64,000 nucleotides of DNA from an uncultured Acidobacteriota bacterium (GCA_963770895.1 CAVYRF010000001.1:1184001-1248000); one strand, 5' to 3'. Counted from the stretch's first letter, positions 31,253-41,451 are shown. Notes: a model not told the origin generated them from the letters alone. Numbers and translations: made by a program.

Positions 31253-32953
31253 CTAGAGGGCCGGGTGGCTGGCGGGCAGGACGTCCCAGGCGGCGCGCTC
31301 CTGGGCGTCCAGCTGATGTTGACGGAAGTGCTGGCGGACGGCGATTTGTGTGCCCAGCTCGAGCAGCTGGTCGCCGTCGGCGGTGTAGGCGGGCCAGGCG
31401 GGCAGGCTGGGACCGGCGGGCTGGCCGGTCTTGGCGAACTGAACCCACAGATTGTGCACCAGGCGGGTCATGGCGCGGTCTTCGGCGGGCAGCATGGCGG
31501 CCAGCGGCGACAGCTTGTCCCAGGTGTTGAAGACGTAGGGCAGCTCGGAACCGTGCGAGGCGCCCATCACCTTGCCGCGTTGATGCACGCGCACGTAGGA
31601 AAAGTAGTAGAGCCAGGCGGGCGCGCCTTGCGCCGCGGCGGTGCGGGCGAACCAGCGCTCGGGGGCGACAAAGTAGTGATCGCCGAAGATGGCGGCGCCC
31701 AGGGTCTTGTCGTTCGTGGTGTCGGTGCCGGTGGCGGTGTAGGCGGCGCGCACGGTGGGCCGGGCGTAGGGCAGCGCCGCCGCCGGGTCGGGCAGCAGCG
31801 AGGCCTCGAAGCTGTTGCAGCCCAGGATCAGCGGCACGCGCAGGGCGTGGCCGCCGGCAAACGCCTGGGCGATGCCTTCCTTGAGCAGGCGGCCGTCGAT
31901 GACCGGCCCGACGTTTTCGGCCGGCACCGCGACCAGCGCTTCGGCAGGCAGGGCGCGCAGGACGTCGGCGTCGACCCCGCCGGCCTTGACCACGCCGGCG
32001 GCCCACCTGGTGACGGCTTCGGACTGCACGCGGGTGGCGGCGGCGACGGTGCGCTCGCCGGCGGCTTCGGCTTCGTTCATCGTCGGCAGCGGCTCCCAGC
32101 CGCCGCCCGGCGATTCGGCGATGGCTTGCGCGAACAGGCCGCGCGCCGCGGGCGTCGACATCAGCGCCAGCAGGTCGCCGCCGCCGGCCGATTCGCCGAA
32201 CACGGTCACCCGCCTGGGGTCGCCGCCAAACGCGGCGATGTTGCGCGCCACCCAGCCCAGCCCGGCGATCTGGTCGAGCAGGCCGAAGTTGGCGACCGGT
32301 TCGCCGGCCGGCGCCGCGCGCGACAGCACGGCGTGGGTGAAGAAGCCGAAGTGCCCCAGGCGGTAGTTGAGCGCCACCAGGATCACCCCGTCCTGCGCGA
32401 AGGCGGCGCCGTCGTACAGCACCCGCGACCCGGCGCCGATGACGTTGGCGCCGCCGTGCAGCCAGACCATCACCGGCGCGCCGTGCGCCCCCTTGGGCGC
32501 GAACACCTGCAGCGTCAGGCAGTCTTCGCTCACCGGGGTGCCGGCCGGCACGAACGATTCGACCGCCGGATTGGGCCGCTGCATGCACGTGGCGCCGGGC
32601 GCCGCCGCGCTGCGCTCGCCCTGCCAGGGCAGCGGCGGCTGCGGTGGCCGCCAGCGCCGCGGGCCGACCGGCGGCGCCGCGTACGGGACGCCCTGAAACA
32701 CCAGCACGCCGTCGCGTTCGATCCCCGCCAGCACTCCGGATTCGACTCGCACGCGCGGCGGGGCCGCCACCTCGCCACCGGCGCTCACGCCACCGCTCCC
32801 CGCGGCACCGCTCGCCGCTGCGCCGCCGGCCGCCGCGCCTGCCGCGGCGCCGGGCTGCTGGCCGCGCGCCGCGGTGCCCAGCGCCAGCACAGCCGCCGCC
32901 AGCAGCGGCAGACACCAGGCTGAGATCACGATCGATTTGGCGTTTTTCCTCAT
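31253..32953 (-). CDS. Secreted type-B carboxylesterase
   Basis: Start MRKNAKS (ATG 32953) plus signal peptide; SEDCLTL, WLHGG, FGESAGG, GASHGSEL. Confidence 0.93.
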   Translation of the reverse strand: MRKNAKSIVISAWCLPLLAAAVLALGTAARGQQPGAAAGAAAGGAAASGAAGSGGVSAGGEVAAPPRVRVESGVLAGIERDGVLVFQGVPYAAPPVGPRRWRPPQPPLPWQGERSAAAPGATCMQRPNPAVESFVPAGTPVSEDCLTLQVFAPKGAHGAPVMVWLHGGANVIGAGSRVLYDGAAFAQDGVILVALNYRLGHFGFFTHAVLSRAAPAGEPVANFGLLDQIAGLGWVARNIAAFGGDPRRVTVFGESAGGGDLLALMSTPAARGLFAQAIAESPGGGWEPLPTMNEAEAAGERTVAAATRVQSEAVTRWAAGVVKAGGVDADVLRALPAEALVAVPAENVGPVIDGRLLKEGIAQAFAGGHALRVPLILGCNSFEASLLPDPAAALPYARPTVRAAYTATGTDTTNDKTLGAAIFGDHYFVAPERWFARTAAAQGAPAWLYYFSYVRVHQRGKVMGASHGSELPYVFNTWDKLSPLAAMLPAEDRAMTRLVHNLWVQFAKTGQPAGPSLPAWPAYTADGDQLLELGTQIAVRQHFRQHQLDAQERAAWDVLPASHPAL

Positions 32954-33149
32954 CGGTTCCAGAGCATAGCAGGCAGCCGTGCCAGGCCGAGGGCGGTGGT
33001 TGTGGGGGCGCCGCTTGTGGCGCGGAGCAGAGGCGGCTTGTGCGTGGGCTGAGCTTGCAGCGCGGCGCTGGGGAGGTCGCCGCGCGGGCCTTGACGGTGC
33101 TCGCGACGGTGTGGTCTGCTCCGTGGTGGAGGCGCCGGCGCGCCTCCTC

Positions 33150-33185
33150 AAATCCCGGTCCCCACGGACCGGGATTTTGTTTTTG
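33150..33185 (+). terminator. Intrinsic terminator hairpin lying upstream of the hydrolase gene
   Basis: AAATCCCGGTCC-CCAC-GGACCGGGATTT, perfect 12-bp stem followed by TGTTTTT. Confidence 0.75.
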
Positions 33186-33226
33186 GCCCAGGCGCACCCG
33201 AGGAACGTGAAGGAGGAGGCATGGCG

Positions 33227-34045
33227 ATGAGCGAGGCAGCCCCCCGTCACCCGATCACCACCCGGCCGCTGGTCTACGCCCACCCCGGCGCGGACGGCCT
33301 GCCCGTCCGCCGCGACGTCGAATATCGCACCGGCGACGGTGGCGCGCTGACGTTCGATCTGTATTACCCGCGGGAGCCTGCCGGCGCCGCGCCGTTCCCG
33401 GCGCTGGTGTTCGCCAACGGCTTTCCCGACCCCGGATGCCAGCGCCACCTGGGCTGCCGGCAGAAAGAGATGCAGTGCTACGTCGATTGGGCGCGGCTGG
33501 CCGCCGCCGCTGGAGTGGCGGCCGTGCTGTACGCGAACCGCGAGCCGGTGGCGGATGCGCGCGCGGTGCTCGACCACCTGGGCCGCCACGCGGAGGCCCT
33601 GGGAATCGATGCCGGCCGCATCGGCATCTGGGCTTGCTCCGGCCACGGACCGCTGGCACTGTCGCTGCTGATGGACGGCGCCCGCCAGCCGCCGCCGCGC
33701 TGTGCGGCGCTGTTCTACCCGATGCTGCTGGATCTGGACGGCACCACGGCCATCGCCGACGCCGCCGGGCGCTTCGGCTTTGCCAATCCCGCCGCCGGGC
33801 GCTCGCCGGACGAACTGCCCTCGGCGCTGCCGCTGTGGGTCGCCCGCGCCGGCCAGGATGAAAACCCCGGCCTGAACGAGGCGCTCGACCGCTTTGCCGC
33901 CCAGGCGCTGGCGCGCAACCTGCCGCTGACCCTGGTCAACCTGCCCGCGGCGCCCCACGCCTTCGACCTGCTGGACGCCAGCGACGCTTCCCGCCACGCG
34001 GTGACCCAGGCGCTGGCCTTCCTGCGCCACCACCTGGGCGTGTGA
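33227..34045 (+). CDS. Alpha/beta hydrolase family protein
   Basis: AGGAGGAGG RBS; FDLYYP, RIGIWACSGHG nucleophile elbow, RAGQD, PHAFD. Confidence 0.85.
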   Translation: MSEAAPRHPITTRPLVYAHPGADGLPVRRDVEYRTGDGGALTFDLYYPREPAGAAPFPALVFANGFPDPGCQRHLGCRQKEMQCYVDWARLAAAAGVAAVLYANREPVADARAVLDHLGRHAEALGIDAGRIGIWACSGHGPLALSLLMDGARQPPPRCAALFYPMLLDLDGTTAIADAAGRFGFANPAAGRSPDELPSALPLWVARAGQDENPGLNEALDRFAAQALARNLPLTLVNLPAAPHAFDLLDASDASRHAVTQALAFLRHHLGV

Positions 34046-34079
34046 GCCGCACGGCTGGCCCGCCCCCGGCGCCGAGGCG

Positions 34080-34415
34080 CTAGGGAGGCGACAGGCACTC
34101 GCAGAGCGGCACCGCAATCGCCGCACAGGTGCTGATCATCTGGCACAACTTCGGCGAGCCGACGCCGCAGCGCGAATTGAGCGTCTTGCCGGCACAGTCG
34201 GCGTCGCTGCAAGCGCCGCACGTCGTCGTCAAGGCGATGGCGCCCTGCTGTCCAGCCGGCGGCGGCAACCACAGCGGCGTGGTGCTCAGCGAGCAGGAGC
34301 CGGACGACAGCAGGGTGGCGGGACCGGCGAGCTCCGCGCCCACCGCACGCCCCGGCAACCAGGCGCCAGCGGCAAGCAGCAGCGCGACGGCCAACGCAAG
34401 CTTTGCAGGCCTCAT
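34080..34415 (-). CDS. Small secreted Cys-rich protein (111 aa, 8 Cys in the C-terminal 46 aa)
   Basis: AAAGGAGG RBS before ATG 34415; signal peptide; TCGACSDADC...C...C...C...CEC. Confidence 0.8.
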   Translation of the reverse strand: MRPAKLALAVALLLAAGAWLPGRAVGAELAGPATLLSSGSCSLSTTPLWLPPPAGQQGAIALTTTCGACSDADCAGKTLNSRCGVGSPKLCQMISTCAAIAVPLCECLSPP

Positions 34416-34618
34416 GACGTTGCCTCCTTTCCTCTGCTTATCGTAAGTGCGAAAGGCCGCTCGAAGCGTGGCCGCCGCGCCTCGGCGCGCCCAGCCGCAC
34501 CGGCGGTCTGCCGGCGGCCACCGCATGCGGCCGGGCCGCTGCGCCTGCGTCGCTTCGCGGTACGATGCGTCACCACACAGCTGCGGGCTCCCGGCCACGC
34601 TGGGACGGAGGATTGCGC

Positions 34619-36907
34619 ATGCACAGGTGGCCGGATCGGCGTCAGCCGCGGCGGACCGCGGGTTTCGGACCGGTGAGCTGCTGGTTGCTGTGGTTCGCCG
34701 CGGGCGGTCTGCTGCTGCCGGCCGCGGCGCGCGCCCAGGCGACGGAACCGCCGCCGCCGCTGCTGCCGGAAGCGACGGTGCGCGCCCTCGCCGCCGAGCT
34801 GTCGGGGACGACGGCAAAGCACACCGTGCAGGACCTCACGCTTCACCACAGGATGCGCGGCTCCCGCGGCTTCAAGGCTGCCTCGGACTACGTCGCGGCG
34901 CTGGCGCGCTCGTATGGGCTCGCGGTCGAGGTGATCAGCCTGCCCGCCGACGGCAGCGTCATGTACGGCACGCAGCGCTCGCGCCCAGCCTGGGACGCCG
35001 ACTTTGCCGAGCTCTGGGAACAGCGCCAGCAGGGTGGTGACAGCGCCGCCGGCGGCAGTGCAACCAGCGGCGGTGTCGGCAGCGGCGGCGGCATCTGGAC
35101 GGATGCGCAGCGCATCGCCTCCTGGGACGCGCGTCCCATCACGCTGGCGGAAGACAGCGCCGCGGGCGAGGTCGCGGCGGCGCTGGTGGACATCGGCCAG
35201 GGCACCGCGGGCAGCGACTACCGCGGCAAGGACGTCCGCGGCAAGCTGGTCCTGGCCGGCGCCCAGCCGGGGCCGGTCGCGGCCCTGGCCGTCGATCGCT
35301 TCGGCGCCGCCGGCATCATCTCCTACGCGCAAAATCAGCCCACCGCCTGGTCGCAGGAAGACGAAAACCTGGTGCGCTGGGGTCACCTGGCCACCTTCCC
35401 GCCGCCGCACACCTTCGCCTTCATGGTCTCGCTCAAGCAGGCCCGTGCCTGGCAGGCACGCCTGGCCGCCGGCGGCACCGTGCGCCTGCGGGCCAAGGTC
35501 CAGGCCGGCCAGCATCCCGGCAGCTACGACATCGTGACCGCCGTCATCCCCGGCGCCGACCCGGCGCTGGCCGGCGACCAGATCGTCCTGTCGTGCCATC
35601 TAGACCACCAGCGCCCCGGCGCCAACGACAACGCCAGCGGCTGCGCCACCATCCTGGAAGTGGCCCGCACCCTCTCGAAGCTGGTGCGCGAAGGCCGCCT
35701 GGCGCCGCCGCGCCGCACCCTGCGCTTCGTCTGGCCGCCGGAAGTGGAAGGCACCGTCGCGCTGCTCAACGCCCGCCCGGACCTGGCCCGCCAGGCGCGC
35801 GCCGTCATCCACATGGACATGGTGGGAGGCGCCGCCGCCGCCACCGGCGCCATCTTCCACGTCACCCGCAGCCCCAAGAGCCTCCCCACCTTCGTCAACG
35901 ACGTCGGCGAAGCCTTCGGCCGCTTCGCCAGCGAGCAGTCCGACGCCTTCGCCAGCACCGGCGCCGCCGACTTCCCGCTGGTCGACCCCGAGGGCTCCAA
36001 ATACGCCCTGCAAGCCGCGGTGGTCGACTTCACCCCCGGCAGCGACCACGAAGTCTGGTCCGAAGGCTCCTTCCGCGTCCCCGCCATCTACCTCAACGAC
36101 TGGCCCGATCGCACCATCCACACCGGCGCCGACACCCTCGCCAACATCGACGCCACCAAGCTCCTCCGCGCCGCCTTCATCGGCGCCGCCAGCGCCTACT
36201 ACCTGGCCCAGCTCGACACCGCCCAAACCCCCGCCCTCTGGGACACCATCCGCCGCCACGCCCTGGAGCGCCTCGCCACCGCCCTCGCCCGCGCCGAGCG
36301 CCTGCGCGCCGGCGCCAACCCAGCCGCCGCGCCGGCTGCTGCCGTCTCAGGAGCCGCCGCAGGCGACGCCGGTTCGGGCACCAGGACCGCGGACGCCGCC
36401 GCCAAGGCCGCCGACGCCGACGCGGCCGCGCTCCTGCGCTTCCATCTGGCCTACGAATCGGGTGTGATCGAATCGATGAGCACCTTCGCCGCCCTGCCGC
36501 CGGCCACCCGTCAGGCCGCAACGGACTTCCTGCGCGCCCTGGAACGCCTGAGCGGCCTGCCCCCGGCGCCATCCAGTGCCGCCCCGCCCGCGCTCCCCGG
36601 TGCCGCGGACGCCGGCGCCCTGATCCTCCGCCGCAACCCCGATCCCAAAGGCCCCATGACCGGCTTCGGCTACAGCTACCTGGAAGACCACGCCGCCCAG
36701 CAGCACCTGCCCACCCCAGCCCTGGTCGATCGCCGAGGGCTGTGGGGCTCCGACTACGCCTACGAAGCCCTCAACCTGGTCGACGGCCGCCGCACCGTAA
36801 GCCAGATCCGCGACGCCCTCACCGCCATCTACGGCCCCGTCCCCCTCCCCGAAGTCGCCGCCTACCTCGACACCCTCCGCCGCATCGGCGTCCTCGCCAC
36901 CCCCTGA
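34619..36907 (+). CDS. Secreted M28-family/DUF4910-like aminopeptidase with PA domain
   Basis: GGAGGA RBS; CHLDH, GANDNASG, PPEVEG, HMDMVG, GSDH, IHT. Confidence 0.88.
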   Translation: MHRWPDRRQPRRTAGFGPVSCWLLWFAAGGLLLPAAARAQATEPPPPLLPEATVRALAAELSGTTAKHTVQDLTLHHRMRGSRGFKAASDYVAALARSYGLAVEVISLPADGSVMYGTQRSRPAWDADFAELWEQRQQGGDSAAGGSATSGGVGSGGGIWTDAQRIASWDARPITLAEDSAAGEVAAALVDIGQGTAGSDYRGKDVRGKLVLAGAQPGPVAALAVDRFGAAGIISYAQNQPTAWSQEDENLVRWGHLATFPPPHTFAFMVSLKQARAWQARLAAGGTVRLRAKVQAGQHPGSYDIVTAVIPGADPALAGDQIVLSCHLDHQRPGANDNASGCATILEVARTLSKLVREGRLAPPRRTLRFVWPPEVEGTVALLNARPDLARQARAVIHMDMVGGAAAATGAIFHVTRSPKSLPTFVNDVGEAFGRFASEQSDAFASTGAADFPLVDPEGSKYALQAAVVDFTPGSDHEVWSEGSFRVPAIYLNDWPDRTIHTGADTLANIDATKLLRAAFIGAASAYYLAQLDTAQTPALWDTIRRHALERLATALARAERLRAGANPAAAPAAAVSGAAAGDAGSGTRTADAAAKAADADAAALLRFHLAYESGVIESMSTFAALPPATRQAATDFLRALERLSGLPPAPSSAAPPALPGAADAGALILRRNPDPKGPMTGFGYSYLEDHAAQQHLPTPALVDRRGLWGSDYAYEALNLVDGRRTVSQIRDALTAIYGPVPLPEVAAYLDTLRRIGVLATP

Positions 36908-36918
36908 ACCGTCCCCCT

Positions 36919-37272
36919 TCAGACCGCTTCGCCGGCATCGCTGAGCGGGGATTCCACCTCCGCGACAAGCCGCGGGAGATGACCCTCGGCCACGCCCCAT
37001 ACCGCGGCGTCGTCGATCGCGTCGTAGCCGTGAATGATGCGGTTGCGAAAACTGACGATACGACGCAGGTCGGTGATCCTCGACGCTACGTCGGAATCGG
37101 TTTGGGCGAGGCGCCCAAGTGCTTCGCCGATGAGCTCAAACTCCCGCTCGACAGCGCGGCGGAACAGGCGGTCCTCGCTATAGGCCGCAAAGTTGCGGGT
37201 GCTGCACCATTGGCGAATGCTGCGACCCGACGCGAGGATGTCAAACAGCAGTTTCTTCGCGCGGTTGTCCAT
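36919..37272 (-). CDS. hepT: HEPN (DUF86) RNase toxin
   Basis: AVEREFELIGEA and RNRIIHGY (RxxxxHxY). Confidence 0.88.
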   Translation of the reverse strand: MDNRAKKLLFDILASGRSIRQWCSTRNFAAYSEDRLFRRAVEREFELIGEALGRLAQTDSDVASRITDLRRIVSFRNRIIHGYDAIDDAAVWGVAEGHLPRLVAEVESPLSDAGEAV

Positions 37273-37570
37273 ACACGAGCTCGCGGGTGGCCTGGATCTC
37301 GCGGCGGAGGTACGGATTGCGCATCGCCTGGTCGGTTAGCAGATCGATTGGGCGGGCAAAGAGCCGCTCCAGGCTATCGGCAAAGTCGAGATATCTCTGG
37401 GCGTAAGCCCCTGTCGGTTGGCGATCGGCCATCTCGACCAGAAAATCGAGATCGCTGCCTGGTTGGAACTGCTCCGAAACGGCCGATCCGAACAAATACA
37501 GTCGCTGGACGCCGTAGCGCCGGCACAGCTCAGAAAGGTCGGTCAGGTGCTCCTCCACAAGTGCGATCAC
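37241..37570 (-). CDS. mntA: Minimal nucleotidyltransferase antitoxin
   Basis: LYLFGSAV...SDLDFLV (GSx10DxD); overlaps hepT. Confidence 0.88.
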   Translation of the reverse strand: MIALVEEHLTDLSELCRRYGVQRLYLFGSAVSEQFQPGSDLDFLVEMADRQPTGAYAQRYLDFADSLERLFARPIDLLTDQAMRNPYLRREIQATRELVYGQPREETAV

Positions 37571-37680
37571 GAAACCGATCGTACCATCGCACCCAAGCGG
37601 GGCCAGCCGCGCCTCCGTCCACCTTCGCGCTTCACTAGTCCGAGCGGGCGGCAGTCAGACGAGGCGCTCCTGGTTGAAGG

Positions 37681-38960
37681 TCAGGGCAGGGTGATGAGCC
37701 GGGCGTAGACCGTGGTGGCGGTGCCGCTCAGCCAGACGGCGACGGCGGTGCCCTTGGGGCCGGCGGCGAGGGCGGGGAGCTCTGGTTGCCGGCGGTGGTG
37801 ACGGTGACGAGAAAATCGCCGCCGGTGGGGGCGCCGTCGGCGCTCAGGAGGCGGCCGAAGATGCCGGTGCCGTCGCCGTCCTGGCCCGATTCGTCCTCCC
37901 AGATCGTGACGTAGCCGCCGGCGGGTTGCCAGACGATCTTGGGTGTCGTGCGTTGGCCGGGTACGCGGCGGTTGACTTGGAACTCGTCCGCTTCCTGAGC
38001 GGTGCCGTCGGCGTCGAAGAGGAGACCGTGGATGGGGCCGGGCGGCTTGGGCCCCAGCGGCGGCAGCCAGGGGAAAGCGGGGAACTGCTCATCCCAGACG
38101 ATGGCGAAGCTGCCGTCTGGTTTCATGGCCAGTGAAGCGTCGTAGCTGCTCTCATCGTCGGGAAAGAGCGGGTCGATCGGCAGGGCCTTGCCGCTCTGCG
38201 ACACGCGCACGGCATAGACGCTGATGTCGTCGCCGTAGTAGGTCAGCGCCGCCGTGAGGGACCCGTCAGGCGCCATGGCGATGGCGTCTGGGAAGGGACC
38301 CGAGCCGTCCACGTAGGAACCCATGCTCAGCAGCACCTCGCCGGTCAAGGGCGCGAGCTGGGCGGAGAAGACGCGCGCCTCGGCATTGTTGTAGTAGCCG
38401 AAGGTCTGCTGGTAACCGACATCGGCGGCCCAGGCGACGACCACCTGGCCCTCCGGGGTCGCGCTCACCACCCCGAAATAGCGGTTGAAGGGGCTCGGCA
38501 GGTGGGCCAGCTCGGCGTGGGTCAACGGCGACCCGTTGCGCCGGAACATCTGCACCTCCACCTGCTTGATGACGATGACGCCGCGGCCCGCGGGTCTGCG
38601 GTAGCTGTCCCATACCGCCGTGAAGGTGTCGTTGCTGGTCGCCACCAGGCCGTCCAGCGCGATGACGTTGGCGGACGGCACCAGCAGGAACTCGCCGCTC
38701 GCCGGCGCACCGTCAGCAGTAAACAGGCGAGCGTGCACGCCGACCGGGTGGGCTGTGCTCGGACTCCCCATCGGCTGCGCCGCCCACGCCACGATGAACC
38801 CGCCGTCGGGGAACACCGCGACCTGCGGCGTCATCTGGGCGTCCAAGGTGCTGACGTTGACCTGGATCTCCGGCCCCAGAACCGGCGCGGCCGCAGCCAT
38901 CCCTGGCAACAGAAAAGCGGCCAGCAAGGCCCAGGGTGAAAGGCGGTTCGGAATCCCCAT
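37681..38960 (-). CDS. Secreted protein with xQVN-type repeats; 1-nt frameshift near 37775
   Basis: Signal peptide; repeats EIQVN, EFQVN, DFLVT...GNQ; last repeat continues as PALAAGPKGTAVAVW...YARLITLP* (stop 37681) in another frame. Confidence 0.7.
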
Positions 38961-39048
38961 GAGCGATACCCCCTAGAGCGTTCCGCGGGGGCGAGCGAAA
39001 GGCCACGCCGCCAGTTTCAACTATAACGTGGAAGGCCGCGAGCCACTC

Positions 39049-39099
39049 GGGTTGACACCTTACCCATGCGCGTGCGATTCTTGGGTTAAATGTCTACCC
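39049..39099 (+). promoter_or_regulatory. Two GGGT-N9-ACCC palindromes (putative PadR operators) over the -35 box and the start codon
   Basis: 39049-39065 contains TTGACA; 39083-39099 contains ATG 39090. Confidence 0.65.
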
Positions 39100-39446
39100 G
39101 AGAAGGAAAAGAACGACTCGAGCTGTTGCAGGGCACCCTCGACCTGCTGATCCTGCGCACGCTGATCTTTGGACCGCAGCACGGGCAAGGGATCGCGCGC
39201 GCCATTCAAGACACCTCCCAAAGCGAGCTGCTCGTCGCGCACGGCGCGCTCTACCCAGCGCTCCAGCGCCTCGAAGAGAGACGCTGGATCTCCGCCCGCT
39301 GGGGCACCTCCGACAGCAACCGCAAGGCGCGCTTCTACACCTTGACCGCGGCCGGCCGGACACAGCTGGTCGTCGAGACCAGCAAATGGCAACGGCTGAC
39401 CAGAGCGATCGCGCTCGTCCTGGGGCCGGAGGCGCCGGAAAGGTAA
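39090..39446 (+). CDS. PadR-family regulator, acidobacterial type
   Basis: [40 protein letters not shown]. Confidence 0.92.
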   Translation: MSTREGKERLELLQGTLDLLILRTLIFGPQHGQGIARAIQDTSQSELLVAHGALYPALQRLEERRWISARWGTSDSNRKARFYTLTAAGRTQLVVETSKWQRLTRAIALVLGPEAPER

Positions 39447-39524
39447 CGCCCGTGCTCCACCGCAGGCGGCAGCTCGAAGAGCCGCTCGCGCCTCCTGCAG
39501 GAACCTGGCATCGTCAGGTGGCTT

Positions 39525-39645
39525 ACGCCTGGACTACGACCGCGGCGGCGCAGAGCCGCCTGGATGCGCTCGTCGTCGCCCTGCCGCAGCAATTCCCCGG
39601 CGACACTCCGCGCACCAGCGACTGGACGGTGCGCCTGACGCCTGC
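39525..39645 (+). pseudogene. Short relic of an ADOP/MacB-like ABC permease
   Basis: TTAAAQSRLDALVVALPQQFPGDTPRTSDWTVRLTP resembles an ADOP periplasmic segment; no start codon; sits where PadR partners normally lie. Confidence 0.55.
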
Positions 39646-39673
39646 TGGCGCCTGCTGCCGCGCGCGGGAGCGC

Positions 39674-40621
39674 CTACACCAGTCCGGACACCTTCTCGAG
39701 GTCGATGTTGCCGCCCGACACCAGCGCGACGACCCGCTCGCCAGGGGAGACGCGGACCTTGCCGGCGAGGAGCGCCCCGGTGGCCGCGGCGCCGGAGGCC
39801 TCGACATAGAGCTTGGCCCGCGTCAGCAGCAGGCGCATCCCCTCCATGATCTCGGCCTCGGTGACGGTCACGATGTCGTCCACCGCCTCGCGGGCGATGG
39901 CCAGGGGCAGGGCGCCGACGAAAGGAGGCGTCATGCCGTCGGCCAGGGTCGCCGGCCGCGTCACCGGCACCGGCTTGCCGGCGGCCAGCGCCGGGCCCAG
40001 ACCGGGGCCGGCCTCCAGCTCGACGGCGACCACGCGAGTCCGCGGTCGGCTCCCCTTGATGGCGGAGGTCACGCCGCCCAGCAGGCCGCCCCCGCCCACC
40101 GGCACCACCACCAGGTCGACGTCCGGCAGGTCCTCCAGGATCTCCAGGCCGGCCGTCCCCGAGCCGGCCAGCAGGACCGGATCGTCGAAAGGGTGGACGA
40201 AGGTCAGGCCGCGCGCCTCCCGCACCTCGTTCAGCTTGTCGAACAGTGTCGGCCGGTCGGGATGGAGCACGATCTCGGCGCCGTAGCCGCGCACCGCATC
40301 GATCTTCGACTGCGGCGCATCGGTCGGCATCACCACCACCGCCGAGCACCCCGCGACCCGCGCCGCCCAGGCAACGGCGGCAGCGTGGTTTCCGGCCGAA
40401 ACCGTGACCAGGCCGCGCCCGCGCTCGTCGCCGGACAGCGACAGGACCCGGTTCAGCGCGCCCCGCGCCTTGAAAGACCCGGTCTTCTGAAAGCTCTCGC
40501 ACTTGAGATACAGCCGCACCCCCACCCGCTCCCCCAGCTGCAGGCTGGAAAACAGAGGCGTGTGATGGATCGATCCAGCAATGCGGCTCGCCGCCGCCCG
40601 AATCTCGCTCAGGGGAATCAT
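39674..40621 (-). CDS. PLP-dependent threonine/serine dehydratase family
   Basis: KCESFQKTGSFKARGA, SAGNH, VPVGGGGL, SGGN. Confidence 0.93.
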   Translation of the reverse strand: MIPLSEIRAAASRIAGSIHHTPLFSSLQLGERVGVRLYLKCESFQKTGSFKARGALNRVLSLSGDERGRGLVTVSAGNHAAAVAWAARVAGCSAVVVMPTDAPQSKIDAVRGYGAEIVLHPDRPTLFDKLNEVREARGLTFVHPFDDPVLLAGSGTAGLEILEDLPDVDLVVVPVGGGGLLGGVTSAIKGSRPRTRVVAVELEAGPGLGPALAAGKPVPVTRPATLADGMTPPFVGALPLAIAREAVDDIVTVTEAEIMEGMRLLLTRAKLYVEASGAAATGALLAGKVRVSPGERVVALVSGGNIDLEKVSGLV

Positions 40622-40755
40622 GCCGCGGATTCTAAAGGACCTCCACCGCCAAAAACACCACGCACCACCCGGAGCCGCGGAAGTCGCGCCCGCCCCCCGC
40701 TCCAGCTTTACCGGTGCAAGCCCCCTTGAGGATCTGTTCTGCTGCGGGCAGGCTG

Positions 40756-40776
40756 GTCTATACTCATGGTATAGAC
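40756..40776 (+). promoter_or_regulatory. Palindromic operator of vapBC-1
   Basis: GTCTATAC-TCATG-GTATAGAC, perfect 8-bp inverted repeat just upstream of the RBS. Confidence 0.75.
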
Positions 40777-40793
40777 GTCAAGAAAGGAGGCTC

Positions 40794-41048
40794 ATGACCA
40801 CCACCGCAAAGTTGTTCAAGAACGGGCGCAGTCAGGCCATCCGCCTACCGCGTGAGTTCAGGTTCGAAGGAGACCGGGTACGAGTACGCCGCGCCGGGCG
40901 CGGCGTACTCGTCGAGCCGATCTTCAAGGACGTAGAAAAGTGGTTCGCGGAACTGGATGGCATGGCCGCCGAACCTTTCATGTCCGACGGACGGCGGCAG
41001 CCAACTTCTCCTCGGCGCGACGTTTTCCATGACGACGTACCTGCTTGA
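40794..41048 (+). CDS. vapB: AbrB/VagC-type antitoxin
   Basis: AAGGAGG RBS; AKLFKNGRSQAIRLPREFRF. Confidence 0.92.
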   Translation: MTTTAKLFKNGRSQAIRLPREFRFEGDRVRVRRAGRGVLVEPIFKDVEKWFAELDGMAAEPFMSDGRRQPTSPRRDVFHDDVPA

Positions 41049-41451
41049 TACGAACGCGTGCATCGCGCTGATCAACGGCACCGAGGCCAACGTCCGACGG
41101 CGATTTAGGCGCGTGGTGGCTCGGGAGAGCGTTGTCCTTCTGTCGTCGATCGTGGCCTTTGAGCTGTGGTATGGAGTCGCGAAGAGCCAGCGCAAGGATC
41201 AAAACCGGAAGCGACTCGCAGCATTCCTCGCCGGCCCGTTCGAGTGGACGATGTTCGACGATGATGACGCGGAAGCTGCTGGAATCGTTCGCGCAGAGCT
41301 CGAAGCCGCAGGAACACCGATCGGCGCCTATGACGTCCTCGTCGCGGGACAGGCCCGGCGACGTCGCGCGACCCTCGTGACCTCCAACGCGAAGGAGTTC
41401 ACGCGAGTGCGTGGTCTGAAGTGGGAGGACTGGGCCGATTCAAGTCGGTAG
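41029..41451 (+). CDS. vapC: PIN-domain toxin
   Basis: YLLDTNACI, FELWYG, PIGAYDVLVAGQA, LVTSNAKEF. Confidence 0.93.
   Translation: MTTYLLDTNACIALINGTEANVRRRFRRVVARESVVLLSSIVAFELWYGVAKSQRKDQNRKRLAAFLAGPFEWTMFDDDDAEAAGIVRAELEAAGTPIGAYDVLVAGQARRRRATLVTSNAKEFTRVRGLKWEDWADSSR

Noticed and set aside
32968-32986. Sigma54-like TGGCACG...TGC upstream of the esterase
   Set aside because: GG-to-GC spacing is 11 nt rather than the required 10
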